Of a stretch of DNA of 64,000 nucleotides, positions 30,767 through 40,498 are shown one piece after another; the first letter of the stretch is position 1; each line of letters opens with the position of its first letter. This stretch comes from Candidatus Tectimicrobiota bacterium (GTDB taxonomy: Bacteria > JACPUC01). The position numbers were made by a program, and so were the translations under genes. The DNA is taken from positions 124,001 through 188,000 of the forward strand of contig JACPUC010000019.1 in assembly GCA_016192455.1 (NCBI GenBank), in the 5' to 3' direction. Under the pieces are notes generated by a model. It searched no databases and was not told the DNA's origin. It saw nothing but the letters and a program-made list of their open reading frames with translations.

Positions 30767-31879
30767 TTACTGGATCATGCGCGATATATCATTAAAGACG
30801 GCAAAGAGCATGAGGAGGATGAGGAATGCCAAGCCGACCTGCTGGGCGATCTCGCGCTTACGCACGCTGACGGGGCGTCCGGTGAGCGCCTCGATGGAGA
30901 AGAAGAAGATGTGGCCGCCATCAAGCAGAGGGATCGGCAGCAGGTTCAAGATGCCAAGGTTGATGGAGATGAGGGCCACGAACTGCGCGTACGGCAACAG
31001 CCCCATTTCGGCCACCTTGCCGGCGGTGGTGAAGATGAGGATGGGGCCGCCGATCGACTTCGCCGGAATCACTCCTTGCACGATCTTGACAATGGCCGTG
31101 ATGGTAAGGCTGATGATCTTCCAGGTCTCGGCAAACCCCTTCCCGATCGCGGCAATAGGGTTGTAGCGCTGGGTGAAGTAGTCGCCGCCGGCCACGATGC
31201 CGACGATGCCCACCTCTTCTTTCTCGCCGAAGAGGTTCGTGTCGGTGCGCGAGGTGGGCGTGATGGTCAGGTCAAAGATGCGGTTCTCGCGCTGGATGGT
31301 GAACTTCACCGGCACGTTCGCTTTCTGGCGCACCACCGCGGTGAGTTCATCCCAGCTCTTCACCTCCCGGCCTTCCAGCGCCACGATCAGGTCGCCGGGC
31401 TGCACGCCGGCGGCGGCCGCCGGCATGTCCTGCCGCACCTCGCCGACGCTCGGTTTCAACACCGGCACGCCGATCAGGTAGACGACCACGAACACGAACA
31501 CCGCCAGGAAAAAGTTGAAGAACGGCCCCGCCGCGACGACGCTCAGCCGCTTGCCCACCGACTGCGTGGAGAAGGCCCGGGCCGGGTCGATCGGCGGCGC
31601 TCCCTGGGGTTGCTGCCCGGCAGCGTCCGCCTCTTTGGCGGCCGCTTCGAGCGAGCCCGGCTCTTCCCCATACATCTTCACGTACCCGCCCAGGGGAACC
31701 GCGGAGAGCACGTATTCGGTCTCGCCGAAGCGCCGGCGGAGGAGCTTGGGCCCAAAGCCGAGCGAGAAGGTTTCGACGAGGATTCCCACGCGCTTCGCGA
31801 CCAGGAAGTGACCCAGCTCATGGACGAAGATGAGCACGCCGAGCGCCACGACTGCGGAAAGGATGTACGAGATGGACAC
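30767..31879 (-). CDS. rseP: RIP metalloprotease RseP (M50 family, one PDZ)
   Basis: HELGH, FSLGFGP, PLGGYV, AGP, NLLPIPLLDGG. Confidence 0.96.
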   Translation of the reverse strand: MSISYILSAVVALGVLIFVHELGHFLVAKRVGILVETFSLGFGPKLLRRRFGETEYVLSAVPLGGYVKMYGEEPGSLEAAAKEADAAGQQPQGAPPIDPARAFSTQSVGKRLSVVAAGPFFNFFLAVFVFVVVYLIGVPVLKPSVGEVRQDMPAAAAGVQPGDLIVALEGREVKSWDELTAVVRQKANVPVKFTIQRENRIFDLTITPTSRTDTNLFGEKEEVGIVGIVAGGDYFTQRYNPIAAIGKGFAETWKIISLTITAIVKIVQGVIPAKSIGGPILIFTTAGKVAEMGLLPYAQFVALISINLGILNLLPIPLLDGGHIFFFSIEALTGRPVSVRKREIAQQVGLAFLILLMLFAVFNDISRMIQ

Positions 31880-32025
31880 GCTTCAGCATCTCCACGCATG
31901 AACTTTGGAACACGGGGTACTGCCAGGCTTCCTACTCGGCAGGAGCCCCGGAGAACCGCAGTAGGGAAGAAGAACCATCCACCCTGCTCGAACCACGCAA
32001 GCCACACCATCCCTCTCCGCAGAGA

Positions 32026-32787
32026 CTAGCGCCCCGGCCGAGGAGCAGCGGGGGAGGTGATGATCTCCACCCCCGCTAGAGGTTGAAAGGTAAACGTCCC
32101 CGCCTCGACGTCTCCGTTCACCTCGAGGTTGGAGAGGAAGAGCGTGGTGGTGTTGCCGAGGATGTCAAAGGTCGTAACCCGCTTCACCAGGAGGCCCTGC
32201 CGATCCACGAAGAGCAACATCCTCGTAACGGTAGTATGGGGAACTTTCGGTCGCAGTTGCAAGCCATATTCATCGGCCTGCGTTTGGCTGGAATCCTCCA
32301 CCTTCTCGAGGTCAAAATCCTGCCGCAGTCTCCCCTCGCCGGACAAGAAAGCCCGCACAAAATCATCCTGACCGGCCGCCGCCTCGATCATCACCTGGTT
32401 GCTGGCCGGAAAGTAGAGCCAGAGTGTGGTGCCGTCGGAGATAATGAGCCGCTTATCCGGCTGCGCGTACTCCCAGCGCATCTTGCCGGGTTTCACGATG
32501 ACGACACGACCCACGGCCGTGCGGGTTCGCCCCAGAGCTTTGTTGTAGGCCTCCTGCCGAAAATCGGCGCGCAAGGACTCTGTACCTTGGTAGCGCGCCT
32601 GCACGAGGTCGGCTATCTCCTGCAGAGAGGGGGTCCCTTCCCCGGCCTGTTGCGCCAGGGGGACTTGGGCCAGACTGACTGGTGCCAGGAGAACTGGAGC
32701 CAGGGCGAGGAGCCCGAGGAGCATGGCGAGGAGTTGAGGTAAAAGCAGACCTGGGACCCTCCGGGGATATGCTGGTGTACGACGCAT
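32026..32787 (-). CDS. lolA: Outer-membrane lipoprotein carrier protein LolA
   Basis: Signal peptide; ADFRQ, KPGKMRWEY, ISDGTTLW, D..GN.T, F.F.P..GVEI. Confidence 0.85.
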   Translation of the reverse strand: MRRTPAYPRRVPGLLLPQLLAMLLGLLALAPVLLAPVSLAQVPLAQQAGEGTPSLQEIADLVQARYQGTESLRADFRQEAYNKALGRTRTAVGRVVIVKPGKMRWEYAQPDKRLIISDGTTLWLYFPASNQVMIEAAAGQDDFVRAFLSGEGRLRQDFDLEKVEDSSQTQADEYGLQLRPKVPHTTVTRMLLFVDRQGLLVKRVTTFDILGNTTTLFLSNLEVNGDVEAGTFTFQPLAGVEIITSPAAPRPGR

Positions 32788-32968
32788 CAATGGTCTTGGC
32801 CACGCCGCGGCAGATGACCCTGCACGGACTGCAGCAGCGCAGGAGTTGCAACGCGGCGGGCGCGAAGACGCCCCCCGTCGCTGGGATCAAGCGCTCACTC
32901 CGGCGCCTGGCCTCGCCGGCGCGCCGCCGGGCGGCGCTGCACCGCGCTCGCGCGAGGCGCCGCGGCGC

Positions 32969-33613
32969 TCAGCCCTCCTTGACAGCCATGGAGGGCGAAA
33001 CAGGCCCGGGCTGGCCGCCGAGCACGCGCCGCCCCTGACGTCGCAGTCGGTTTTCGGCGACAAGCTGGATGGCCCGTGGGTAGATCTCGTGCTCGCGTTC
33101 GAGGATGCGGGCCGCCAGGGTCTCGGCGTCGTCCTCATCGTAGACCGGCACGGCCGCCTGCAGGATGATGGGGCCGGTGTCCACGCCTTCGTCCACGAAG
33201 TGCACCGTACAGCCGCTCACCTTGGCGCCGTGCTCGAGCGCCGCCCGCTGCGCCTCGAGGCCCGGAAACGCCGGCAGAAGCGAGGGATGGATGTTCAGGA
33301 TGCGTTGCGGATACGCCGCCAGCAGGCGCTTGCCGAGGATGCGCATGTAGCCCGCCAGGCAGACGAGATCCACCTCGTGCGCCTGCAGAACTTCCAGCAG
33401 CCGGGCGTCATACTCCTCGCGGCGCTCCCCTTTTCGCGCTGGCACGCAGACGGCGGGAACGCCGGCGCGTCGCGCCCGCTCCAGCCCGTAGGCGTCCGCC
33501 ACATTGCTCAGCACCACCGCCACCTGCGCCGCGCACGTTCCCGCGGCGCAGGCGTCGAGGATGGCCTGCAGGTTGGTCCCACGCCCTGAAATGAGGACAC
33601 CGAGGTTCAGCAT
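32969..33613 (-). CDS. purN: Phosphoribosylglycinamide formyltransferase
   Basis: LISGRGTNLQA, LAGYMRIL, NIHPSLLP, GCTVHFV, DTGPII. Confidence 0.97.
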   Translation of the reverse strand: MLNLGVLISGRGTNLQAILDACAAGTCAAQVAVVLSNVADAYGLERARRAGVPAVCVPARKGERREEYDARLLEVLQAHEVDLVCLAGYMRILGKRLLAAYPQRILNIHPSLLPAFPGLEAQRAALEHGAKVSGCTVHFVDEGVDTGPIILQAAVPVYDEDDAETLAARILEREHEIYPRAIQLVAENRLRRQGRRVLGGQPGPVSPSMAVKEG

Positions 33614-33739
33614 GTCGTTCAGCACGCCGGCGGACTCTCGCCCCCAAGGGCGGAACCGACGCACGCCGCACCGCTTCCGAGGTCGCCGGCCACCGGCGGC
33701 GCCGCTTCGGCGGAGGTGGTGTGACGCTCGCCCGGCTTT

Positions 33740-35902
33740 TCAGGCCGCTTTGATCTTGTGGAGGAGCGCGGCGTTTTCGGTGTGTCCGGTCATCCGCGCC
33801 ACGATCTTGCCGCGCACCGGCCGCCCGAGGAGGTAGAAGTCGCCGATGATGTCGAGAATCTTGTGGCGGACGAGCTCGTTCGGATAGCGCAATTCGGTGT
33901 TGATCACCCTGCCGTCATCAATGAGGATCACATTATCAAGCCGGCCGCCACCGGCCAACCCTTGGCTGCCGAGGACCTCGAAATCCTTCACGAAGCCAAA
34001 GGTGCGTGCCGGGGCAATCTCCTGGCGGAAGGACTGCGGCCCTTCGTAGACGAACTCGTGCGTCTGCCTGCCGAGGGGCGGCGGATACTCCAGGGTATAC
34101 TCTACCCGGAACGTATCGGATGGTTCAATGGTGATGCGCTTCCCGGCCGCCCCATTGCCGTCAACGGAAAAGGTGTCGGTGATGACGATCTCCTCGAACG
34201 GCGCGTCCTGCTCCTCGATGCCGCCATCCTCGATAAGCTGACAGAAATCAATGGCCGAGCCATCCATGATCGGCACCTCGTCGTTCATCTTCACGAGCAG
34301 GTTGGTGATCTGATACATGTGGAGGACGGCCATGAGGTGCTCCACCGTGCGCGCCACCGCGGTGCCGTTCTGCAGGCAAGTGGCGTAGAGGGAGGAGCTG
34401 ACGTAGGAGAGGTGGGCCGGGATGAGCTCGCCGGAGGAGATGGAGCCGAAGTTGATGCCGCTGTTCGGTGGCAGCGGCAGGAGGATGAGCCCGGTTTTCA
34501 AGCCGGAGTGCAGGCCCTGCCCGCAGAGCACCACGCTCCGCTTCAGGGTCCGCTGACGTCGCCCATAGGGGCTGGCGCTGAGGCTGCCGCGCAAGCCGTA
34601 CGAGCGGACCTTGCGCTCCAGGCGATGCGCATCCATCCGCAGGCGCTCTGCCACGCTCTTCAGCTCCCAGTTGTTCTTCTTCAGGTGATAGCTGATGAAC
34701 TCACGCTCCCAGGCGCGTCGGGCTTCGTCGAGGGATTGGAAGCCCTCGAAGCCGATGGTGGGGCGGATCGCTTCGCAGCGCAGCGGGTACGGGAGATCGG
34801 CGAGGTGAATGCACCTCGTCGGCGTCGCCAGGACGACGCGCTCGATGGTCGTCTTCAGCTCCTTGACGTTGCCCGGCCAGGAGTAGTTCACCAGCGCCGC
34901 CAGCGCTTCGTCATCGATCTCTCGCGCCGGGCGACCCGTGAGGTTGGCGAAATACGTGATGAAGTATTGCAGGAAGAGCGGCAGATCGCTGCGGCAGTCA
35001 CGCAAGGCGGGGATGCGGCACGGCTCGTCGGCGAAGAACTCGGACCGCAGCAGGCCGCCCTCCTCCGAGAGCTGCACGGGGTTCGTTGCTGAAACGAGGA
35101 GGCGGAACCCCGCCGCCTCCTCCTGCCAAGCTGAGCGGAGCAGCTCGAGCAGGTGGGTCTGCCCCTCGAGCAAGAGCTGATCCACATTGTCGAGGAACAG
35201 GCTGCCGCCGTTGAAGGCGGCAAGCGGAGCTTTCCCGTTCGTTGCCGCAGGTTCGGGGTGGCACGCCGCCAGCAGGTCCTCGCTGCGCAGGCGGTGCGGC
35301 AGCGTGCTGCACAACACCTTATAGAAGGGCCCCTCGCGGAAACGACTCTCGGCGTGCACGAACCGCGCCGCAAACTCCTTCCCCGCGCCCACCTCGCCGA
35401 CGATGAGCAGGGGTGTGTCGCCCTGGGCCTCTTGGAGGAGGCGTCGGCGCACGGCCCGCAGCTTGGCGCTGCGCCCGAGCCACGGCTGCCGGTCCGCCTC
35501 GACCTCCAGGTGGCGCACCCTGATCCTGGCCAGCTTGTGGTGCTCGAGGGCCTTGTTGACGGTAACCAGGACCTCGTTGATGGAGAACGGTTTCTCGATG
35601 TAATCGAAGGCGCCAAGCTTGGTCGCCTTGACCGCGGTGTCGATGTTGCCGTGGCCGGACATCATGATGACCTGCACCTCGGCGCAGACCTGCCGGATTG
35701 CCTGCAAGGTCTCGAGACCGTCCATGCCGGGGAGCCAGATGTCGAGCAGGACGAGGTCGGGAGGGTCGTTATGCACCACCGCGAGCGCCGTCTGGCCGTC
35801 GCCGACCTGACGGACCTCGAACCCCTCGTCGCTGAGGATGCCGGCAAGGCTCGTTTGAATGCTCGGTTCATCGTCCACAATGAGAATCTGGGCGCGTTGC
35901 AC
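33740..35902 (-). CDS. lpxC: Fusion protein: NtrX-like response regulator (REC + degenerate AAA+ + Fis-type HTH) joined to UDP-3-O-acyl-N-acetylglucosamine deacetylase
   Basis: REC: IVDDE, LLDIWLP, MSGHG, EKPF; AAA: GEVGAGKE, WPGNVKEL; LpxC: QRTL...GQGLHSG, TVEHL, EVPIMDGSA, IAPARTFGF, RHKILDIIGD, TGH; single uninterrupted frame. Confidence 0.93.
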   Translation of the reverse strand: MQRAQILIVDDEPSIQTSLAGILSDEGFEVRQVGDGQTALAVVHNDPPDLVLLDIWLPGMDGLETLQAIRQVCAEVQVIMMSGHGNIDTAVKATKLGAFDYIEKPFSINEVLVTVNKALEHHKLARIRVRHLEVEADRQPWLGRSAKLRAVRRRLLQEAQGDTPLLIVGEVGAGKEFAARFVHAESRFREGPFYKVLCSTLPHRLRSEDLLAACHPEPAATNGKAPLAAFNGGSLFLDNVDQLLLEGQTHLLELLRSAWQEEAAGFRLLVSATNPVQLSEEGGLLRSEFFADEPCRIPALRDCRSDLPLFLQYFITYFANLTGRPAREIDDEALAALVNYSWPGNVKELKTTIERVVLATPTRCIHLADLPYPLRCEAIRPTIGFEGFQSLDEARRAWEREFISYHLKKNNWELKSVAERLRMDAHRLERKVRSYGLRGSLSASPYGRRQRTLKRSVVLCGQGLHSGLKTGLILLPLPPNSGINFGSISSGELIPAHLSYVSSSLYATCLQNGTAVARTVEHLMAVLHMYQITNLLVKMNDEVPIMDGSAIDFCQLIEDGGIEEQDAPFEEIVITDTFSVDGNGAAGKRITIEPSDTFRVEYTLEYPPPLGRQTHEFVYEGPQSFRQEIAPARTFGFVKDFEVLGSQGLAGGGRLDNVILIDDGRVINTELRYPNELVRHKILDIIGDFYLLGRPVRGKIVARMTGHTENAALLHKIKAA

Positions 35903-36041
35903 GCAGGATTTCCTCCGCAGCGAGGCAGTCTCGATATCAGGGAGAACGCGGCGAAACCGGCACGATCACGGCGGACGGCCGGCGGCTGAGGCGGGCGACC
36001 TGGCGCCGGCGGCGGCGCTGCACGGGCCGCCCCGCCCGCGG

Positions 36042-38336
36042 CTACGCCACCGAGCCCAAGTGCGGCAGCGCTCGCCGATTGGGCGCCGAACGCGGCAGCT
36101 CGATGACGAACGTCGCGCCCTCGTGCTCGTTCGGTTTGGCGCAGATCGACCCACCGTGGTCCGCGATGATGCGGTTCACGATCGCCAGCCCAAGGCCGGT
36201 GCCGCGTTTCTTGGTTGAGAAGTAGGGCAGGAAGAGGCGCTCCAGGTCGTCGGCGCCGATGCCCCTGCCGTTGTCCCGCACCTCGATGCGCACGTGGTCC
36301 TCGGCGTCGAGGAGCTCGGTGCGGATGTCGACGCGTCCGCCGCTGCCGTTCATCGCTTCGATGGCGTTCTCGATCAGGTTGATGAAGACGCGCCGCATCT
36401 GCTCTCCATCGAGGCTCATGGTCGAAATCCGCGGGTCGTGGTGCGCCTCGATGCTGACGTAGCGGTGCGAGCTTTGGTAGAGGAGGACGACATCGTCGAT
36501 GATCTGGCGCAGCTCGTTGGGACGCGGCTTGGCCTCCGGCATGCGGGCAAACTTCGAGAACTCGTTCACCAGGGCTTTCAACCCTTCCACCTGTTCGATG
36601 ATGGTGCCCGTGCACTGCGCCAGGAGCTCGCCGAAATCGCCGCCGTTGCTGCGATACTGCCGCCGCAGCCGCTGCGCCGAGAGCTGGATCGGCGTCAGCG
36701 GGTTCTTGATCTCGTGGGCCAGGCCCCGTGCCACCTCGCGCCACGCCGCCACCTTCTGCGCCTTGATGAGCTCGGTGAGGTCATCGAACACCACCACCAT
36801 GCCACGGTAGGCGCCGGAGGCTTCGCAGAGCACGGCGACGCTCGTGAGCAAGGTGACGAGGCCGCGCTCGGTCTGCACGGTGATCTGATCCTCGATGCTC
36901 GGCCGCCGCTGCTCGTGCATGCGTCGGATGAGGTTGCGGATGAGGTTCAGCTCGCTGGCGTGAAAGACCTCCCGGTAGTGGCGCCCGCGCAGCGCTTCCG
37001 GGCGGCGCCCCAGGATGCGGGCGGCGGACTTGTTGATCGTTGAGATGCGCCCCGTGCTGTCGATCGAGATAACGCCGGTGGCGATGCTCTCCAGGACGGT
37101 CTCCATGTAAGTGCGGCGCTCGTCCAACTCGAGGTTGGACTGCTTCAGCTCGAGGTTGGCGCGATGCAGCTCCTGGCGGCTCTTGCGCAGGTCGTCCGTC
37201 ATCTGATTGAAGGCGCGCACCAGGGTCCCGACCTCATCATCGACCTGCACGTCGATGTGCACGTCGAGGTTGCCGGCGGCCACCCGCCGCGTCCCTTCGG
37301 CCAGCTCCTCGATGGGGATGGTGATGCGCTTGGCCAGGTAGAAGGCCAGCCAGGTCCCGGAGAAGACCAGAGCCAGGGTGATCATGAGGAAGGTCATGAT
37401 CTGCACCGAGGTGACCGGCTTGCGCAGAAGTTTCAGTTGTCGGTACTCCTCGAAGGTGCGGTTGATCGCCCCCATCCGGGCGACGAGGCTGCGAGGTACG
37501 TAGTACGATACGACAACCAGTCCGAGCGAGGGTTCCGCCGCGCTCTTGCGAATCGGCTGGATGCCGCGAATCACGTCACCCACCCCGACCGAGGCCACCT
37601 CGGTTGTCGCCTTGCCTTTCAAAGCCTGTTGCAAGACACCCTTGTCGACGCTCAGGAGGATATCGGGTTCGACGCTGGCCCGCTGCACGCCGTGCACCTG
37701 CTGGAGCTTCAAATCGAACACCTGCAGCGCGTCAAGGGGGTGATCACGGACCTCCGTGTCGAGCACCTTGGCGAGCTGCGAGTCATTCTCCTGCTCGAGG
37801 AGGTTGCCCTCCAGCACCTGCCGCATGACGCGCTCGGCGTAGAAGAGGGCCTGGCGTTCGGAGTTGCGGTAGTATTGCTGGGCCACGCTCAAGGAGTCGG
37901 AGAGCGCTTTCTCGACCTGGACGGTGAACCACCCTTCAATACTGCTGCGCACCAGACCGCTGGCAACGAGGAAGAGGAGGATCGAGGGAATCAGCGATAA
38001 GCCCACAAACGCCATGATGAGCTTGGAGCGAAAGCTCCCCCAGGCCTGGCGCCGGCGCTCCTCGAGGACAAATTTCACGAGGTTGCGCAGGATGAGGAGG
38101 ATCAGGAGACTGAGCAGGATGATGTAGAGGTGCTCGAGGGCGAAGACGACAATGTTATTCGCGAGGGACGTGGAGACCCGCAAGCCCTGCAGGTAGATGC
38201 GCACGGCGGTGAGCGCCAGCGCCAGAAGCGTCAAGGAGATGAGGAGGGTGCGGTAGCGCCGTCGCCGCAATTCAGGCAGCTCGCGCCCGGCGGGCGCGGC
38301 GGCGGGCGCGACGACCTTGGCATCAGCCTCTCTCAT
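36042..38336 (-). CDS. ntrY: NtrY-like sensor histidine kinase (TM, periplasmic, HAMP, PAS, HisKA, HATPase)
   Basis: AAWREVARGLAHEIKNPLTPIQLSAQRL H-box typical of NtrY; NLIENA, DNGRG, PYFSTK..GTGLGL. Confidence 0.9.
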   Translation of the reverse strand: MREADAKVVAPAAAPAGRELPELRRRRYRTLLISLTLLALALTAVRIYLQGLRVSTSLANNIVVFALEHLYIILLSLLILLILRNLVKFVLEERRRQAWGSFRSKLIMAFVGLSLIPSILLFLVASGLVRSSIEGWFTVQVEKALSDSLSVAQQYYRNSERQALFYAERVMRQVLEGNLLEQENDSQLAKVLDTEVRDHPLDALQVFDLKLQQVHGVQRASVEPDILLSVDKGVLQQALKGKATTEVASVGVGDVIRGIQPIRKSAAEPSLGLVVVSYYVPRSLVARMGAINRTFEEYRQLKLLRKPVTSVQIMTFLMITLALVFSGTWLAFYLAKRITIPIEELAEGTRRVAAGNLDVHIDVQVDDEVGTLVRAFNQMTDDLRKSRQELHRANLELKQSNLELDERRTYMETVLESIATGVISIDSTGRISTINKSAARILGRRPEALRGRHYREVFHASELNLIRNLIRRMHEQRRPSIEDQITVQTERGLVTLLTSVAVLCEASGAYRGMVVVFDDLTELIKAQKVAAWREVARGLAHEIKNPLTPIQLSAQRLRRQYRSNGGDFGELLAQCTGTIIEQVEGLKALVNEFSKFARMPEAKPRPNELRQIIDDVVLLYQSSHRYVSIEAHHDPRISTMSLDGEQMRRVFINLIENAIEAMNGSGGRVDIRTELLDAEDHVRIEVRDNGRGIGADDLERLFLPYFSTKKRGTGLGLAIVNRIIADHGGSICAKPNEHEGATFVIELPRSAPNRRALPHLGSVA

Positions 38337-38977
38337 AGCTCAGCTTCCCCTTTGGGGATCGTTGCCAGGGTGAACCGCGGCGAACTCTGCCAGTTCGTAT
38401 CAACATCCCAAAGCGAAACAAAGAAGAGCAGGTATTTGAGCGGGAAGATCAACTTGATGGACTTGATCTCGACCTTCGTGCGCACGTAGTACGTTCCCTC
38501 CTGCTTCAGGCGCGCCGGCGGCATGAGGGCCACGCGGTCAAGCCCCTGCAGGAGCTGCTTCACCTTGCTGAAATCTTTCTCGATGGTCTGCGTCGTCACG
38601 CCGCTCGCATCGGTGGTGAAGAGGTACTCCTTCTTGAGCGCATCGTACTTCACCGTCTGACGCACCGCCGTCTGAAAGTCGGTGGCATCGATGCGGAAAC
38701 GCCGGTGCCGGCGGAGCTGGATCAGGTAGGTGAAGGTCGTCGGAATACCGCTGTGAATGGCCTCCTTGATCTCCTCTGTAATTCCTCCCTCCATATTGGC
38801 ATAGACGTGCAGATGGGCTGGCGAGTTCGACACCCGCACCGACGTCAGCGAGGCGCCCTCGGCCCCCCCCAGGACGACCGCGCTGAGGAACAGACCGCCA
38901 AGGAGGATGAGGACACGCCGCCACGACGCCCCCTCGCGGCACCGCCATCCTCTCCCATCCCAGAGGTTTCGCCGCAT
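38333..38977 (-). CDS. DUF4390-like exported protein
   Basis: Signal/TM segment, AIHSGIP.TF.Y...VKYDAL..EY pattern; ATGA overlap with ntrY, the usual position for DUF4390. Confidence 0.75.
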   Translation of the reverse strand: MRRNLWDGRGWRCREGASWRRVLILLGGLFLSAVVLGGAEGASLTSVRVSNSPAHLHVYANMEGGITEEIKEAIHSGIPTTFTYLIQLRRHRRFRIDATDFQTAVRQTVKYDALKKEYLFTTDASGVTTQTIEKDFSKVKQLLQGLDRVALMPPARLKQEGTYYVRTKVEIKSIKLIFPLKYLLFFVSLWDVDTNWQSSPRFTLATIPKGEAEL

Positions 38978-39083
38978 CTCGGCGGAGGCTGCCCCGCAAC
39001 CACCTGGGGAGAATTGAGCAGAAGACGCCAGCACAATCTACCTCCTCGCGCCGGGGACGGCGCGAGCTACTGCGGGGGCTAGA

Positions 39084-39112
39084 ACCTTAAGTACTTTCTT
39101 AAGACTTGTAAA
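39084..39112 (-). promoter_or_regulatory. Putative promoter of the DUF4390-ntrY-ntrX/lpxC operon
   Basis: TTTACA-N17-TAAGGT in AT-rich patch with upstream T-tract; two CTTAAG palindromes overlap it. Confidence 0.55.
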
Positions 39113-39501
39113 TCAAAGTCCCAAAAAAAACAAGCAGTAATTCTATCCCTCTGGCTCGCTCTCCGAACCGCCGAACGCCGCCCGCGGTTGGCGCCACCTG
39201 GCATGCGGCCTTCATTTGGACGCCTCAGGAGCGAGCGGCAAGCCAAGGGGGCATCGGCCAGCCGTGAGGACCAAGGAGAGGCGTCGAGCCCCGCCCGCAG
39301 GCCAACGCAAGCGGCGGCCGGCAAAACCGCTCCTCCCGTTGACCACGGCTGCTCGGTTGCACCGCGCGTTTCTCACCCCTACCTGCTGATCCAAACGGCA
39401 CGCACCAGGCACCCATTCCCCGCCACGAGGCTCCCTCACCCATCGGAACGGTGCATCCTCTTGAAGGATAACCGGCTGCGGGGACGAGATCGACCGGCGC
39501 C

Positions 39502-40431
39502 TCAGCGTTTTGCTTGACTCTGAAAGTAGGCCAGCGTGGCCCGGATGCCCTCGGGCAAGGAGACGCGCGGCTCCCAGCCGGTGAGGTGCCGCAGGCGCGC
39601 GGGGGAGACGGAGCTGTGGCGCTGCTCCCCCTCCTTCGCCGGGCCATGCTGGGGCACCCAGGCGCGCCCGGCGGCCTCGCCGATCATCCGGTGGATGTCG
39701 AGGATCGACGTCTCGCGGCCAGTGCCGACGTTGTAGATGCCGTCAAGGGGATGCGCCAGGAGCGCCAGGGCAGCCCGGCAGACATCCTCGACGTAGACGA
39801 AGTCGCGGCTCTGCTTGCCGTCCCCATTGATGACGGCGCGCCGCTGCTCCAGGACGGCCTTCGCAAAGATCGCCACCACGCCGGCTTCGCCGTACGGGTC
39901 CTGGCGCGGCCCGTAGACGTTCCCCAGCCGCAGGGCCTGCCAGCGCATGCCGTGGGTCTCTCCGTAGGCGCTCAGGTAGCGCTCCACAATCAGCTTGTGG
40001 ATGCCGTAAGGACAGGCGGGTTCAGTCACCGCCTCCTCCGTCGTCGGCAAGACCTCCTGCTCGCCATAGACGGCGCCGCCGGATGAGGCGAAGAGACAGC
40101 GCGGCACCCCCGCCTCGACGGCTGCCTGGAGCATCGTGATGGAGCCATCGACGTTGATCGCGGCATCTTCGATGGGATGCTCCACCGAGATGCGCACGCT
40201 GACTTGGGCGGCGAAATGCAGGATCGCATCAATCGTGGAACGGTTGAAGACCGAGCGCCAGACCTGGGCCTCGCGGATATCCCCGGCCGCGAAGTGAGCC
40301 TTGGGGTGAAGGAATTCCGCCTTGCCGGTGCTCAGGTTATCGAGCACCGTCACCTGGTGCCCCGCGGTCAGCAGGTGATCGACAAGATGGGAGCCGACGA
40401 AACCGGCACCGCCGCTAACGAGGAGATGCAT
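39502..40431 (-). CDS. NAD-dependent epimerase/dehydratase (UDP-glucose 4-epimerase-like, extended SDR)
   Basis: GGAGFVG, HFAAQ, ASSGGAVYG, YGIHK (YxxxK), NVYGPRQ, RDFVYV. Confidence 0.92.
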   Translation of the reverse strand: MHLLVSGGAGFVGSHLVDHLLTAGHQVTVLDNLSTGKAEFLHPKAHFAAGDIREAQVWRSVFNRSTIDAILHFAAQVSVRISVEHPIEDAAINVDGSITMLQAAVEAGVPRCLFASSGGAVYGEQEVLPTTEEAVTEPACPYGIHKLIVERYLSAYGETHGMRWQALRLGNVYGPRQDPYGEAGVVAIFAKAVLEQRRAVINGDGKQSRDFVYVEDVCRAALALLAHPLDGIYNVGTGRETSILDIHRMIGEAAGRAWVPQHGPAKEGEQRHSSVSPARLRHLTGWEPRVSLPEGIRATLAYFQSQAKR

Positions 40432-40498
40432 GCTGGTCACTCATCCTGCCGCCCGCGCCTCGGCGCCCGACACACCGCCGCCGCGACGAACGGCGGCC

